Of a DNA stretch of 64,000 nt, positions 30,056 through 38,892 are shown piece after piece. The notes beneath the pieces are model-generated. The model was not told the origin of the DNA. It ran no database searches and saw only the letters and a program-made list of their open reading frames with translations. The number at the start of each line of letters is the position of its first letter. Positions within the stretch are counted from its first letter, which is position 1. Position numbers and translations under genes: made by a program. Location of the stretch: NCBI GenBank assembly GCA_965216565.1, contig OZ244170.1, positions 1,248,001 to 1,312,000 of the forward strand, read 5' to 3'. This stretch comes from Bythopirellula sp. (GTDB lineage: Bacteria > Planctomycetota > Planctomycetia > Pirellulales > Lacipirellulaceae).

Positions 30056-31535
30056 TGTGAGACTCGATATGGGCGTCGTCTTGCGTTCGATAATCAGCTT
30101 TGTCGAGCTTATGCGATTTCATTTTTCTCAACAGAGTCCGCCGACTGATACCAGCAATTTTTGCAGCCTCTGCCATGAGTCCTTGCGTTTCTTCAAGACA
30201 CCTTTCCAGGTACGCTTGTTCCACGGCCGCCAAGTTTTCTTGAAGCGACTTGGTGGTCTTTACGATTTCATCCAAACCGTTTTGTGGGCTTGGGTGGCGG
30301 ACTCGAACGGCGGGTTTCGGCACATCTCCCCGAAGATTCTGATCTGGAACTAGTTCTTCAAAATCGCTCTTGTTAACACGTTCGCCGCAGTGAGTAAGCA
30401 CCAGTCGCTCAGAAAAGTTTTGCAATTGGCGCACGTTGCCCGGCCAGTGGTAAGCGACCAGAGCATCGAGGAAATCCTCAGTCAAATCGGGACGAGTGAC
30501 GTTGTAGTCCTCAGCCAGCTTACGTGAAAAATGAGCGAAAAGAAACACGATGTCTTCCGGTCGATCCCGCAGCGGAGGTAACTCGAGTCGCATGACATCG
30601 AGCCTGTAGAATAAATCCTCTCGGAATTTGCCGCTTTGCACATGGCTTTCCAAAGCATCGCTAGTTGCTGCTATTACCCGTACATCGACCTTAATCTCTT
30701 CGTGCCCACCAACAGGCCTGACGGCTTCTTCTTGCAAAGCACGCAGCAAATGGTACTGCACGGCGAGCGGTATATTTCCGATCTCATCAAGGAATAAAGT
30801 CCCTCCGTCGGCGTGGCGAAATAGTCCTAGCTTGTCCTTAGTCGCGCCTGTAAATGTACCTTCGACATGGCCGAAAAGTTCAGAGTTGATAAGTGATTCG
30901 TCGATCGCGCCACAGTTTAGCGGGACGAAACGTCCACTCCGTCCCGAGTGTTTGTGTATGGCACGAGCAAGTAGCTCTTTACCGGTACCCGTTTCGCCCA
31001 AGATGAGGACAGTTGCTTCGGAGGTAGAGACTCGCGTTGCGGTGTCGAATAGATCCCACATTGTTTGACTGCGCGAGTACATTCCCTCGAATTCATTGCG
31101 GTCGCTTGTTTGCTCGCCCAATAAGGCAGCCCGTGGCAGGAGTTGCTGAGCATGGACCAACTTGACAACTTCTCTAGCACACGTGGCCACAGAATTGGTC
31201 AACAAGACATCCTTTGCCCCAGCATTAAGCAGATCCCGCACCAGGGGACCGCTCGCTTTCGGCAGCCAGACCACCACGTCGACCATCGGCCAGCGATCGC
31301 GCAATTGCGGGATGACTTCGGTGGCGGGCAGTCCTTTCGTCTCATTGGGGCCTATCAAGATTGCCCTGGCCTGCAGGTCCTCCTTGGGACGCAAGATCTG
31401 GCCCAACCGCCGCACGGTCGACGTTGCCATTCCATGTTCACGGAGCGGACGGCTAAGCTCGGAGCAGCCATATAAGATTAAGAGCGGTTTTTCGATGGGT
31501 GGCGTCATAGCGGTCAATTCTGACCCATTTTGCAT
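30039..31535 (-). CDS. Sigma54-dependent enhancer-binding protein (pseudo-receiver + AAA+ + Fis HTH)
   Basis: GETGTGKE, SELFGH, GTFTGA, LFLDEIG, FREDLFYRL, WPGNVRQL, GISRRTLLRKM; start 31535 or 31508. Confidence 0.92.
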   Translation of the reverse strand: MQNGSELTAMTPPIEKPLLILYGCSELSRPLREHGMATSTVRRLGQILRPKEDLQARAILIGPNETKGLPATEVIPQLRDRWPMVDVVVWLPKASGPLVRDLLNAGAKDVLLTNSVATCAREVVKLVHAQQLLPRAALLGEQTSDRNEFEGMYSRSQTMWDLFDTATRVSTSEATVLILGETGTGKELLARAIHKHSGRSGRFVPLNCGAIDESLINSELFGHVEGTFTGATKDKLGLFRHADGGTLFLDEIGNIPLAVQYHLLRALQEEAVRPVGGHEEIKVDVRVIAATSDALESHVQSGKFREDLFYRLDVMRLELPPLRDRPEDIVFLFAHFSRKLAEDYNVTRPDLTEDFLDALVAYHWPGNVRQLQNFSERLVLTHCGERVNKSDFEELVPDQNLRGDVPKPAVRVRHPSPQNGLDEIVKTTKSLQENLAAVEQAYLERCLEETQGLMAEAAKIAGISRRTLLRKMKSHKLDKADYRTQDDAHIESHNDIMD

Positions 31536-31548
31536 TGCGGGTCAATAA

Positions 31549-31567
31549 TGTCTCACGCAATGAGACA
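31549..31567. promoter_or_regulatory. Inverted repeat TGTCTCA-N5-TGAGACA, candidate enhancer (UAS)
   Basis: Perfect 7-bp arms ~55-70 bp upstream of the -24 element; further dyads TGACCC/GGGTCA (31521-31544) and GACAC/GTGTC (31564-31575). Confidence 0.55.
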
Positions 31568-31619
31568 CTTGTGTCACCTTCCTTCGTGGAGTTCATTTGA
31601 AATCCGCAGTTTCTCTAAA

Positions 31620-31635
31620 CGGCATAGGCTTTGCA
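31620..31635 (+). promoter_or_regulatory. Sigma54 (-24/-12) promoter CGGCATAGGCTTTGCA for the argB operon
   Basis: GG 31621-22, N10, GC 31633-34; TTGCA -12 box; divergent from a bEBP gene. Confidence 0.8.
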
Positions 31636-31863
31636 TTATGGCACCGGCAATAGGAGTCTAGCAATCCATTCTTGGCCTACGTCGGAAAGGAATCCCCAAT
31701 GAAAGACATCTTAAACATAAAACAAGATTAACAATGTTTACTGTCTGAGAGATTACCCAAGGCCGACAAGCAGAGGCACTCCGGTCGCCTACTCGCTCAG
31801 CCTTTTATTGTAATTGTCATCACTACAACCGTACTATCACTGAATCGAAACAAGAGATTACAC

Positions 31864-32622
31864 ATGAACACACAACAGATCCAACTGTTAAAGGTTGGTG
31901 GCGCACTGCTCAATGATACTGATTACTTGGAGCGTCTTGGCAGGCACATACAAACGTTAGTGGATGCCAGCAAACGAGTAGTCCTAGTACACGGTGGAGG
32001 CAAGGAAATTGCTTCCCTTCACGATCGACTTAAGGTCCCCCATCGAAAGGAATTGGGACTGCGCGTTACCTCAGACGCCAGTATGGATCTGGTAACGAAA
32101 GTGCTTTGTGGGCTGGTTAACAAACGCCTAGTAGCTCACTTCAATCGAGCCGGCGTACGATCATTGGGAATTTGTGGCGCCGATCAAGGAGTGATGCATG
32201 CAGAATTCCTCAACCAGGCTCAGCTAGGCCGGGTTGGTGGGCCACCTACTGTTGAGGTAGATGAGATACAATCGCTACTCTTGACGACTCAGGTTTTAGT
32301 GGTCTCTCCCGTGTGCCTCGGGCCAGATGGTGCGTTGCTGAATGTCAATGCCGATCTGGTGGCTCAATCGATGGCAGTCGCTCTCAATACCGAATGCCTC
32401 GATTTTGTTACCGACGTCGATGGTGTGCAAACGGCGGAAGGCACAGCGCGATCGTTAGTTCCCGATCAAATCGAGGAGATGATTCAAAACTCGATTGTTG
32501 AAGGCGGGATGATTCCCAAGCTACAAGCAAGTATTGCCGCACTCGGTGGCGGTGTATCCAAGGTCCGAGTAGGAAACTTGGAGAGCCTAAGCCAAGGGTT
32601 GGCAACGGAGGTGGCGGCTTGA
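31864..32622 (+). CDS. argB: Acetylglutamate kinase (amino-acid kinase family)
   Basis: KVGG, VHGGGKEI, GLRVT, NVNAD, TDVDGV, GGMIPKL. Confidence 0.88.
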   Translation: MNTQQIQLLKVGGALLNDTDYLERLGRHIQTLVDASKRVVLVHGGGKEIASLHDRLKVPHRKELGLRVTSDASMDLVTKVLCGLVNKRLVAHFNRAGVRSLGICGADQGVMHAEFLNQAQLGRVGGPPTVEVDEIQSLLLTTQVLVVSPVCLGPDGALLNVNADLVAQSMAVALNTECLDFVTDVDGVQTAEGTARSLVPDQIEEMIQNSIVEGGMIPKLQASIAALGGGVSKVRVGNLESLSQGLATEVAA

Positions 32623-33188
32623 AAACTGTAGATTCCAACATCTGCTCTAAGATGATATCGCACAACAGCAGGGTCTTTGAAAATCAAGTAGCTAGTAGCA
32701 GTTCCGATGAAACTGCAGCAGTTGACTATGAACTTCAAGCCGCCGAGTTTCAGGATATTCAGTCGCTAATCCAATTATCGAGCGTCAATGTTCCTCACTT
32801 GGCATTAACCACCGTCTGGGGAATTCCTTGGACTTGGAAACATTACACCGTCGCCAAGGACCAATCAGGCAGGCTGCTGGGGGCTGGATCTCTCCTGCCG
32901 CTCGATAATTGTTTGGCTGAGATTCGCGGCTTGGTGGTCGAAAAGTGTCACCGTGATGCCGGGATAGCCTCCAAAATAGTTGAACACATGCTGAGACGAG
33001 CCCGCGTGCTGGAAATGAACGCAGTATGCGTGACACGCAAGCCGAGCTTCTTCCGTAAGTTTGGCTTTCAAGAAACGAATCCCGCTTGGCTCGAAATTCA
33101 ACAGCACCCCAAGCTGAGACGTGGCATTCTCGAAGATTCAGTTTCCCAACCTTTGGCACCACGCATTGCGATGGCCCTAGCCGGGTAG
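32619..33188 (+). CDS. GNAT N-acetyltransferase (short ArgA-like)
   Basis: LAEIRGLVV, RDAGIASKIV, FFRKFGF; TTGA overlap with argB. Confidence 0.75.
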   Translation: MKTVDSNICSKMISHNSRVFENQVASSSSDETAAVDYELQAAEFQDIQSLIQLSSVNVPHLALTTVWGIPWTWKHYTVAKDQSGRLLGAGSLLPLDNCLAEIRGLVVEKCHRDAGIASKIVEHMLRRARVLEMNAVCVTRKPSFFRKFGFQETNPAWLEIQQHPKLRRGILEDSVSQPLAPRIAMALAG

Positions 33189-33286
33189 CTGAAAGGCTTA
33201 CTATTGCAAAGCCAATCATGAAGTCATCACCAGCTAAACAGCCGATTAACAATAAGAACCATTCTTATGGGAGAGAAGGAATAAAT

Positions 33287-33853
33287 ATGAGTACAGCCAC
33301 GATGACAACCACTCGCCGACGGAAGCGTCGAACGAAAGAACAGTTTAAAGTCGTCCCAGCTCGCTGGGAGGATATGAAAAAAGTGGCCAACTTCCTGCGG
33401 TCGACTGCGCACTGGTATCAACCTATCGTCGAGCAGAAAGATATGTCGGAGCACGCAGTCGACAACCAATGGGCTGCAAAAAACTTCCAGCGGAGAGATT
33501 TTTATCTGGGTGTTGTAGAAGGTGAAGCAATCGGGACTATTTCACTGCAATACTTTAACAAGATGGCTTACGTTGGATATATCTATCTTGATGCAGAACA
33601 TGTCGGAAATGGTTATGGTCAGAAACTCATGAAATTCGCTGAGTCTAAAGCACAAAGCAAAGGCATGAAGGGACTCGCACTCTTGGCACATCCCGAGGCC
33701 ACTTGGGCCAAACGTGCTTACTTAAAGTATGGTTTCGAGATCGTGGCTTCCGACAAGGCAGACGTGCTAGCCTGGCAAAACGGCGTCCTGAAACCTTACT
33801 ACGAAGAGGACTTCGAACTCTACCACTTCGATTTCCCCACTGGCCAACGATAG
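33287..33853 (+). CDS. GNAT N-acetyltransferase
   Basis: AAGGA RBS before ATG 33287; motif A VGNGYGQKLM, AYLKYGF. Confidence 0.85.
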   Translation: MSTATMTTTRRRKRRTKEQFKVVPARWEDMKKVANFLRSTAHWYQPIVEQKDMSEHAVDNQWAAKNFQRRDFYLGVVEGEAIGTISLQYFNKMAYVGYIYLDAEHVGNGYGQKLMKFAESKAQSKGMKGLALLAHPEATWAKRAYLKYGFEIVASDKADVLAWQNGVLKPYYEEDFELYHFDFPTGQR

Positions 33854-33985
33854 CCGAACGGCTTCTACGTTGATCCTCTAGACTGCGGGAATGCAGTTGT
33901 ACTAACTCACCTCGGCTCGACGGGTCCGATTCTTTAATGGCCACCGTCGGGTTGTGTCATCCAATAACCACACGAGGCAATCCTG

Positions 33986-35245
33986 ATGTCGAATAACAAA
34001 CAAAATTTGAAAGGAAAAGTTGCTTTACTTGGCTATTGCGTACCAGCCATGGAAGCTTTGGATAAACTTGGACGCCCCTTCGTTTCGGTCGTGCCCCCCG
34101 ACTTCGAGTCTACGATGGAAGAGGCCGATCTCCCTTACGTCTTATGGGAATTCGGCACTGTCAACGAAAAGTCGATGAGCTTAGCGAAAACGCTAGGCGA
34201 TATGGGCGTGACGGTCGCGGTCCCACTCTTCGAAGAAACCGTAGAATGGGCCGGAGCACTGAATGGGCACTTCCGCGAAGATCGTCGACTCTTCACCAAG
34301 TATCTTTTGTTCCGCGACAAAGCGATGATGAAACGCAGGGCTCAAATGAGTGGTATCCGCGTTGGAGTTTTCGAAGAGGCAGAAAGCAAGGAAGACGTAC
34401 ACAGATTCTTCAAACGCGTGAACAAGGCACTCGCCAAAATCGACGGAGATGTTGAAGACCCTGTACATCTCAAACCGTTAGCTGCTGCTGGATGTGTGGG
34501 GCACTGCTTCATACGCTCCGTGGAGGACATCGAAAAACTCACGCACGAAAATTTTCCATGTCTACTTGAAACACATTTGGATGGCCAGGAGTTCTCCTGC
34601 GAGGTCTTCATCCATAACAGGAAAATCCGGTTTCTAAACATCAACGAGTATGTACACTTGGGGCATTCCAACTTTAGTCCTGCCTCGCCAAAACTCGACG
34701 CGTCTCGTGAACTAATCGAAAAAGCAGTTTATGAATTAATCGAGGCCTTCGACATCCAGTACGGAATGATTCATCCAGAGTTTTTCATCACGCCCGACGG
34801 CAAGATCAACTTTGGCGAGGTCGCAGCACGCGTGCCGGGTGGTCACATTTTTGAGTTAATACACAAAGCCTATGGATTCGATCCTTTTGCAGGATTCGTC
34901 TTGTGTGCAGATCCAGAAACATCGGAAGAAGAACTCAACGACTTCTTCCCAGACCCCGCTGACCATCAAGGCTACTCAGGTTGTTTGATGGTTTATCCCA
35001 AGCAGAAGGTCGTCACACGGGTCGCCCTGCCTGAGAAGCTACTGGCTGAGCCTTACTACGAGAAACACAATCTGTTCCAGCCTGTGAATGCAAAAGTTGC
35101 TGAACGGGCCGGGTTCGGCGATCACTACGGGACGGTCTACTTCCAAGGCGATGACGCCGAAGAAATGACCCGCCTGCTGCTCGACTACGAACAAGCAGAA
35201 TTCTACACCAATGACGAAGCTCGCGTTCCCGTGGAACAGGCGTAA
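33986..35245 (+). CDS. ATP-grasp carboxylate-amine (amide/peptide) ligase
   Basis: RDKAMMK, HLKP, LLETHLDGQEFSCE, IHPEFF, FGEVAARVPGG; GAGG RBS. Confidence 0.88.
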   Translation: MSNNKQNLKGKVALLGYCVPAMEALDKLGRPFVSVVPPDFESTMEEADLPYVLWEFGTVNEKSMSLAKTLGDMGVTVAVPLFEETVEWAGALNGHFREDRRLFTKYLLFRDKAMMKRRAQMSGIRVGVFEEAESKEDVHRFFKRVNKALAKIDGDVEDPVHLKPLAAAGCVGHCFIRSVEDIEKLTHENFPCLLETHLDGQEFSCEVFIHNRKIRFLNINEYVHLGHSNFSPASPKLDASRELIEKAVYELIEAFDIQYGMIHPEFFITPDGKINFGEVAARVPGGHIFELIHKAYGFDPFAGFVLCADPETSEEELNDFFPDPADHQGYSGCLMVYPKQKVVTRVALPEKLLAEPYYEKHNLFQPVNAKVAERAGFGDHYGTVYFQGDDAEEMTRLLLDYEQAEFYTNDEARVPVEQA

Positions 35246-35258
35246 TCGAGGAGAATCC

Positions 35259-37256
35259 ATGCCAACGACAGAACTAGCAGGAGCCAAAATCGACGTCGTC
35301 CAACGGCTTGCCGCAAAGCTCGATACTGCCCTGGAAGAACTTACCGCTGCCAAGCCGTACGCAAAGAGTACGTATCAAACCAATGTGTTTCAAATTGCAG
35401 AGACGCTGATGGGTTCCGACGAAGGGCACAAAGCGCTACTCGCACGAGCACATCAGTTCGACCAAGCTGGAGTTTTCGAGGGTGGCCCCTGGGAAGACCC
35501 TACCAAGCTACAACCACCACTGGTTGCTGGTAGTTTGAAAGCCGCTGGAGTCTATCCTGTGGTCGAAACGCTCAGTGAACTGCGGATGCTTGCTATTGCT
35601 CGAGGTAACGGAAACGAACAGTCGAAAGTCTCTCAGCAAGAGGCAACTGACTTTCTCAACGAAGTGATGGCTCTGAATCTGGAATTCATTTTTCCGGCGG
35701 ATACAGAAGAGGAGCGGATCATGGGGGGGCCTCATCGCGACTCGAATCTTCGTCTCTTTGCGCTCATCGCGGAAGAATTGGGCATGGGCTCGCTGTTGGG
35801 CGATGTGGTCACGGAAATCGAACAGATCTGTGCTCAGCGTCCCATCATGACACGACGCGTGCGACGAATGATCGAAATGGCGTCTCGTATTCCCGACGAG
35901 CAATCGAGCCCCGAGATTTCCCAACGTCTGCAAGGATTTACTAAGGCGGTCAATCATCCCAGCCCCCTCAGTCGCGAGCATCCTGAACTCACCGCTTACA
36001 GAAAAGTTGTGCAAGAGTGTGATTACGCCACACTCGAGTCCGAAGCACGTGCGTTTGCGGTGACGTTGACACTCACGGGTCTCACCTCGCCACACCATGC
36101 AGTCCTGCTGCGATGCCTTCGAGCAAAAGAACCCGACTTGATTGGAACAGCGCTCGCGCTGAATGACTTGGGCGAAGCGGAGCTAGGACAGAATCTGGAA
36201 TTCGTCCAGCAGTTGATTCGCATTTGCATTCTGCCCGCGACGGCACAGAGCATCTACGGCTTCGCCAGAATCCTGGAACTGGGGTTATTATCGCGACAGG
36301 AAGTGTCGGCAGGCTTGCGACGCCTTATCGACCTGGATCTTCAATCGGATGTTCGGCGAAATCTGTTGGCTCAGCGACAGGTGCGTGACGGGGTAACGGC
36401 CAATGTTCTTTTGCTAGCCGGAGTCATTAGTGTTTTGGGACAGCCGTTAGGAGTGGGACAAGGAAAAAACCCCACCTGCCAATCAGCCCGTGCAATAAGC
36501 CTCTGGGCGCAACATGCGCACGGTTATCTTTTGGAGCTACTTGTATCAGCCGCTCGCGACGGCGTCATCGAAGTGGATTTCGAAGGAGAAGCTCTCCGCA
36601 CCGATAATCTAAGCGGAGGCGTGGCAACCCAAATAGACTTCGATCTCGATCCGGTATCGATCGTGCTCGTGCCCCATCTCGATGTTCTTTACTCGGCAAT
36701 GATGAAACGCGTTTCGCTTCGTCAAGAAGACGGGCATAAGTGGGTCAATCCCGCGTTCTACGGACGCTGGGTGTCCAGCGGTTTCGCAACGGTGTTTTCA
36801 GCCCTAAATCAAAAAGTCATCTCAGATTACGATGATTTTATTCGGAGATTCTATGCGACACACCATCCCGCGTACAACGAGGGGCATGCCATGATGTACC
36901 CCAGTCCGGTGGGCATATTGGTAACGAATGGTCACGGTGAGTATCTGGGGCCACATGCAATTTCTCTGCAACGCGTCTCGCAAGACAACGATGGCAAACT
37001 TCGTGCCTACTTTTACAATCCTAATAACGAGGGACGTCAGAATTGGGGGCGAGGGGTCGAACCAACCATCAACAGCCATGGTGAGCTAGAGGGTGAATCC
37101 TCACTGCCATTCCATGAATTCGCTACAAGGCTTTACGCGTTTCACTACAACCCGTACGAGGAGGGAGACGCGTACGCAGTACCAGCAGAAGAGATCCAAG
37201 AAATTGAGGAAGCCGCGAAAGCGACCTGGGGCAAAGCTTTCACGTGGTTGAGTTAA
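35259..37256 (+). CDS. Hypothetical protein: helical N-terminus + putative papain/calpain-like cysteine-peptidase domain
   Basis: GAGGAG RBS; GQGKNPTCQS, HAISL, YFYNPNN; ORF certain, function inferred. Confidence 0.7.
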   Translation: MPTTELAGAKIDVVQRLAAKLDTALEELTAAKPYAKSTYQTNVFQIAETLMGSDEGHKALLARAHQFDQAGVFEGGPWEDPTKLQPPLVAGSLKAAGVYPVVETLSELRMLAIARGNGNEQSKVSQQEATDFLNEVMALNLEFIFPADTEEERIMGGPHRDSNLRLFALIAEELGMGSLLGDVVTEIEQICAQRPIMTRRVRRMIEMASRIPDEQSSPEISQRLQGFTKAVNHPSPLSREHPELTAYRKVVQECDYATLESEARAFAVTLTLTGLTSPHHAVLLRCLRAKEPDLIGTALALNDLGEAELGQNLEFVQQLIRICILPATAQSIYGFARILELGLLSRQEVSAGLRRLIDLDLQSDVRRNLLAQRQVRDGVTANVLLLAGVISVLGQPLGVGQGKNPTCQSARAISLWAQHAHGYLLELLVSAARDGVIEVDFEGEALRTDNLSGGVATQIDFDLDPVSIVLVPHLDVLYSAMMKRVSLRQEDGHKWVNPAFYGRWVSSGFATVFSALNQKVISDYDDFIRRFYATHHPAYNEGHAMMYPSPVGILVTNGHGEYLGPHAISLQRVSQDNDGKLRAYFYNPNNEGRQNWGRGVEPTINSHGELEGESSLPFHEFATRLYAFHYNPYEEGDAYAVPAEEIQEIEEAAKATWGKAFTWLS

Positions 37257-37292
37257 TTCAATCGTATTCAGAGCTTGTCCCACAACCGAAAA

Positions 37293-37332
37293 CCCCCTCC
37301 CCTAACCCCTCCCCCGCAGACGGAGGAGAGGG
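37293..37332 (+). repeat. C-rich/G-rich imperfect hairpin resembling a REP-like element
   Basis: CCCCCTCCCCTAACCCCTCCCCCGCAGACGGAGGAGAGGG in an intergenic gap; single copy in the window. Confidence 0.4.
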
Positions 37333-37364
37333 ATTTGGGATAGACACCGGTACACACGACTATC

Positions 37365-38543
37365 ATGAGTTTTGCTTTACCAACTCGACTGAAGGCAATC
37401 GAACCTTCGCAGATTCGTGAAAACATGCGAATCGCCCAAGAGGTTGGGGCGATCAACCTTGCGCAAGGAAGACCCGACTTTAGCACCGCTACGGAAATCA
37501 CGCAGGCCGCGATCGCAGCAATTAAGGCGGGGCACAATCAATACTCAGTGACGTGGGGAATTGAGGAACTTCGGCAAGCGGTTGTCGCTATGTTGACTCG
37601 TCGATTTGCCCTACAGTTCGATCCCGACACAGAATTGACCATCACTTGCGGAGTCACCGAAGCGATCGTAGCTGCCATGCAGGCTCTCGTTGAACCAGGC
37701 GACGAGGTTATCGTCCTGGAGCCTGCCCACGAGAATTACGTCCCTGCGATTCGGTTCGCCGGGGGTGTCCCGAAGTTCGTCACATTGCGACCTCCACAAT
37801 TTGATCTCGATTTGGAGGAACTAAAACAGACGATCAGCTCCAAGACCCGCGCACTAATTCTTAACACTCCGCACAACCCAAGCGGACGAGTCTTTACGGA
37901 AGAAGAGCTAACCGCGATTCTCAGCTTAACAACGGAGCACGGCATCTACGTCGTCACCGATGAGATTTACGATCAGGTGCTCTATCCACCGCATAAACAT
38001 GTTGCCGTAGCAACCGCTGCGCCTGAGCCGAAGATGATAATCACGACAGGTGGCATCTCCAAAACGTATGCCACGACTGGGTGGCGGCTAGGCTACGTTG
38101 CCGCAGAGCCAGAGGTTTCCAGCGCGATTCGAACCGTGCATGACTACTTAACCATTTGTGCACCGACACCTTTCCAATATGCGGCTTTGGCCGCATATCA
38201 GCTACCAGAAAGCTACTATGTGCAGCTTCGCGAAGATTTTTTAGCCCGCCGTAATTGTATGATGGAAGTTTTAGAGCAGAGCGGCTTCAAACCCTATCAA
38301 CCGCAGGGTGCCTACTATCTGATGGCCAGCTTCGACGCGTGGAAGTTCAGCGGCACGTCGCAAGAATTCTCCCGGCAACTGATCACCGAGGCAGGCGTTG
38401 CGGTCGTGCCGGGTACGGCTTTTTACTACCAAGACAAAGAACTTGGCAACAAGCTCGTTCGTTTTGCATTCGCGAAAAATCTCTCTGTACTCGAGCAAGC
38501 AGGGCAACAACTGGCCCTTCGCCAAAAAGAACTTGGATGTTGA
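37365..38543 (+). CDS. PLP-dependent class I aminotransferase (YbdL/kynurenine-methionine aminotransferase-like)
   Basis: INLAQGRPDF, NTPHNPSG, DEIY, ISKTYATTGWRLGY, VVPGTAF, RFAFAK. Confidence 0.92.
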   Translation: MSFALPTRLKAIEPSQIRENMRIAQEVGAINLAQGRPDFSTATEITQAAIAAIKAGHNQYSVTWGIEELRQAVVAMLTRRFALQFDPDTELTITCGVTEAIVAAMQALVEPGDEVIVLEPAHENYVPAIRFAGGVPKFVTLRPPQFDLDLEELKQTISSKTRALILNTPHNPSGRVFTEEELTAILSLTTEHGIYVVTDEIYDQVLYPPHKHVAVATAAPEPKMIITTGGISKTYATTGWRLGYVAAEPEVSSAIRTVHDYLTICAPTPFQYAALAAYQLPESYYVQLREDFLARRNCMMEVLEQSGFKPYQPQGAYYLMASFDAWKFSGTSQEFSRQLITEAGVAVVPGTAFYYQDKELGNKLVRFAFAKNLSVLEQAGQQLALRQKELGC

Positions 38544-38776
38544 AACTATCGACTTCTCGAGTTTTGGTTAACAACACTCGCAGGCATTCTATCAAGGAAG
38601 CCTTGCTCTGCTGGTAAAGAGCATGGTTAGAAATCGGGCCGAGGTATCGAAGCAAGCCCAGAAAGTGTTTGAACTTTCACAACCACAACGTAATAAGTGG
38701 TCTAACGCAAGCTGCTCGATATCGTCTGTCTGAGTTTCTTGTTAGACGACGGAGACCTAGTGCCCACAATAAGAGA

Positions 38777-38802
38777 GCCCTTCGATATTCTCGCCGAAGG
38801 GC
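38777..38802 (-). terminator. Hairpin downstream of tRNA-Pro (probable terminator)
   Basis: GCCCTTCG-N10-CGAAGGGC, 8-bp perfect stem, weak U-tract. Confidence 0.55.
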
Positions 38803-38818
38803 CTTCTGTCCCGTCAAG

Positions 38819-38892
38819 TCGGGCCGACAGGATTTGAACCTGCGACCTTTTGACCCCCAGTCAAACGCGCTACCAGACTGCGCCACGGCCCG
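38819..38892 (-). tRNA. tRNA-Pro (anticodon GGG), CCA not encoded
   Basis: Minus strand CGGGCCGTGGCGCAGTCTGGTAGCGCGTTTGACTGGGGGTCAAAAGGTCGCAGGTTCAAATCCTGTCGGCCCGA forms a cloverleaf. Confidence 0.96.

Noticed and set aside
31745..31802. Glycine riboswitch-like words (GAGAG, GCCGA, CTCAG) near an AGCS transporter locus
   Set aside because: Core GGAGAG/CCGAAGG/CTCTCAGG motifs are not intact and it faces argB rather than the transporter; needs an Rfam scan
33086..33286. N-terminal extension of the second GNAT
   Set aside because: Overlaps the previous gene; strong RBS precedes ATG 33287
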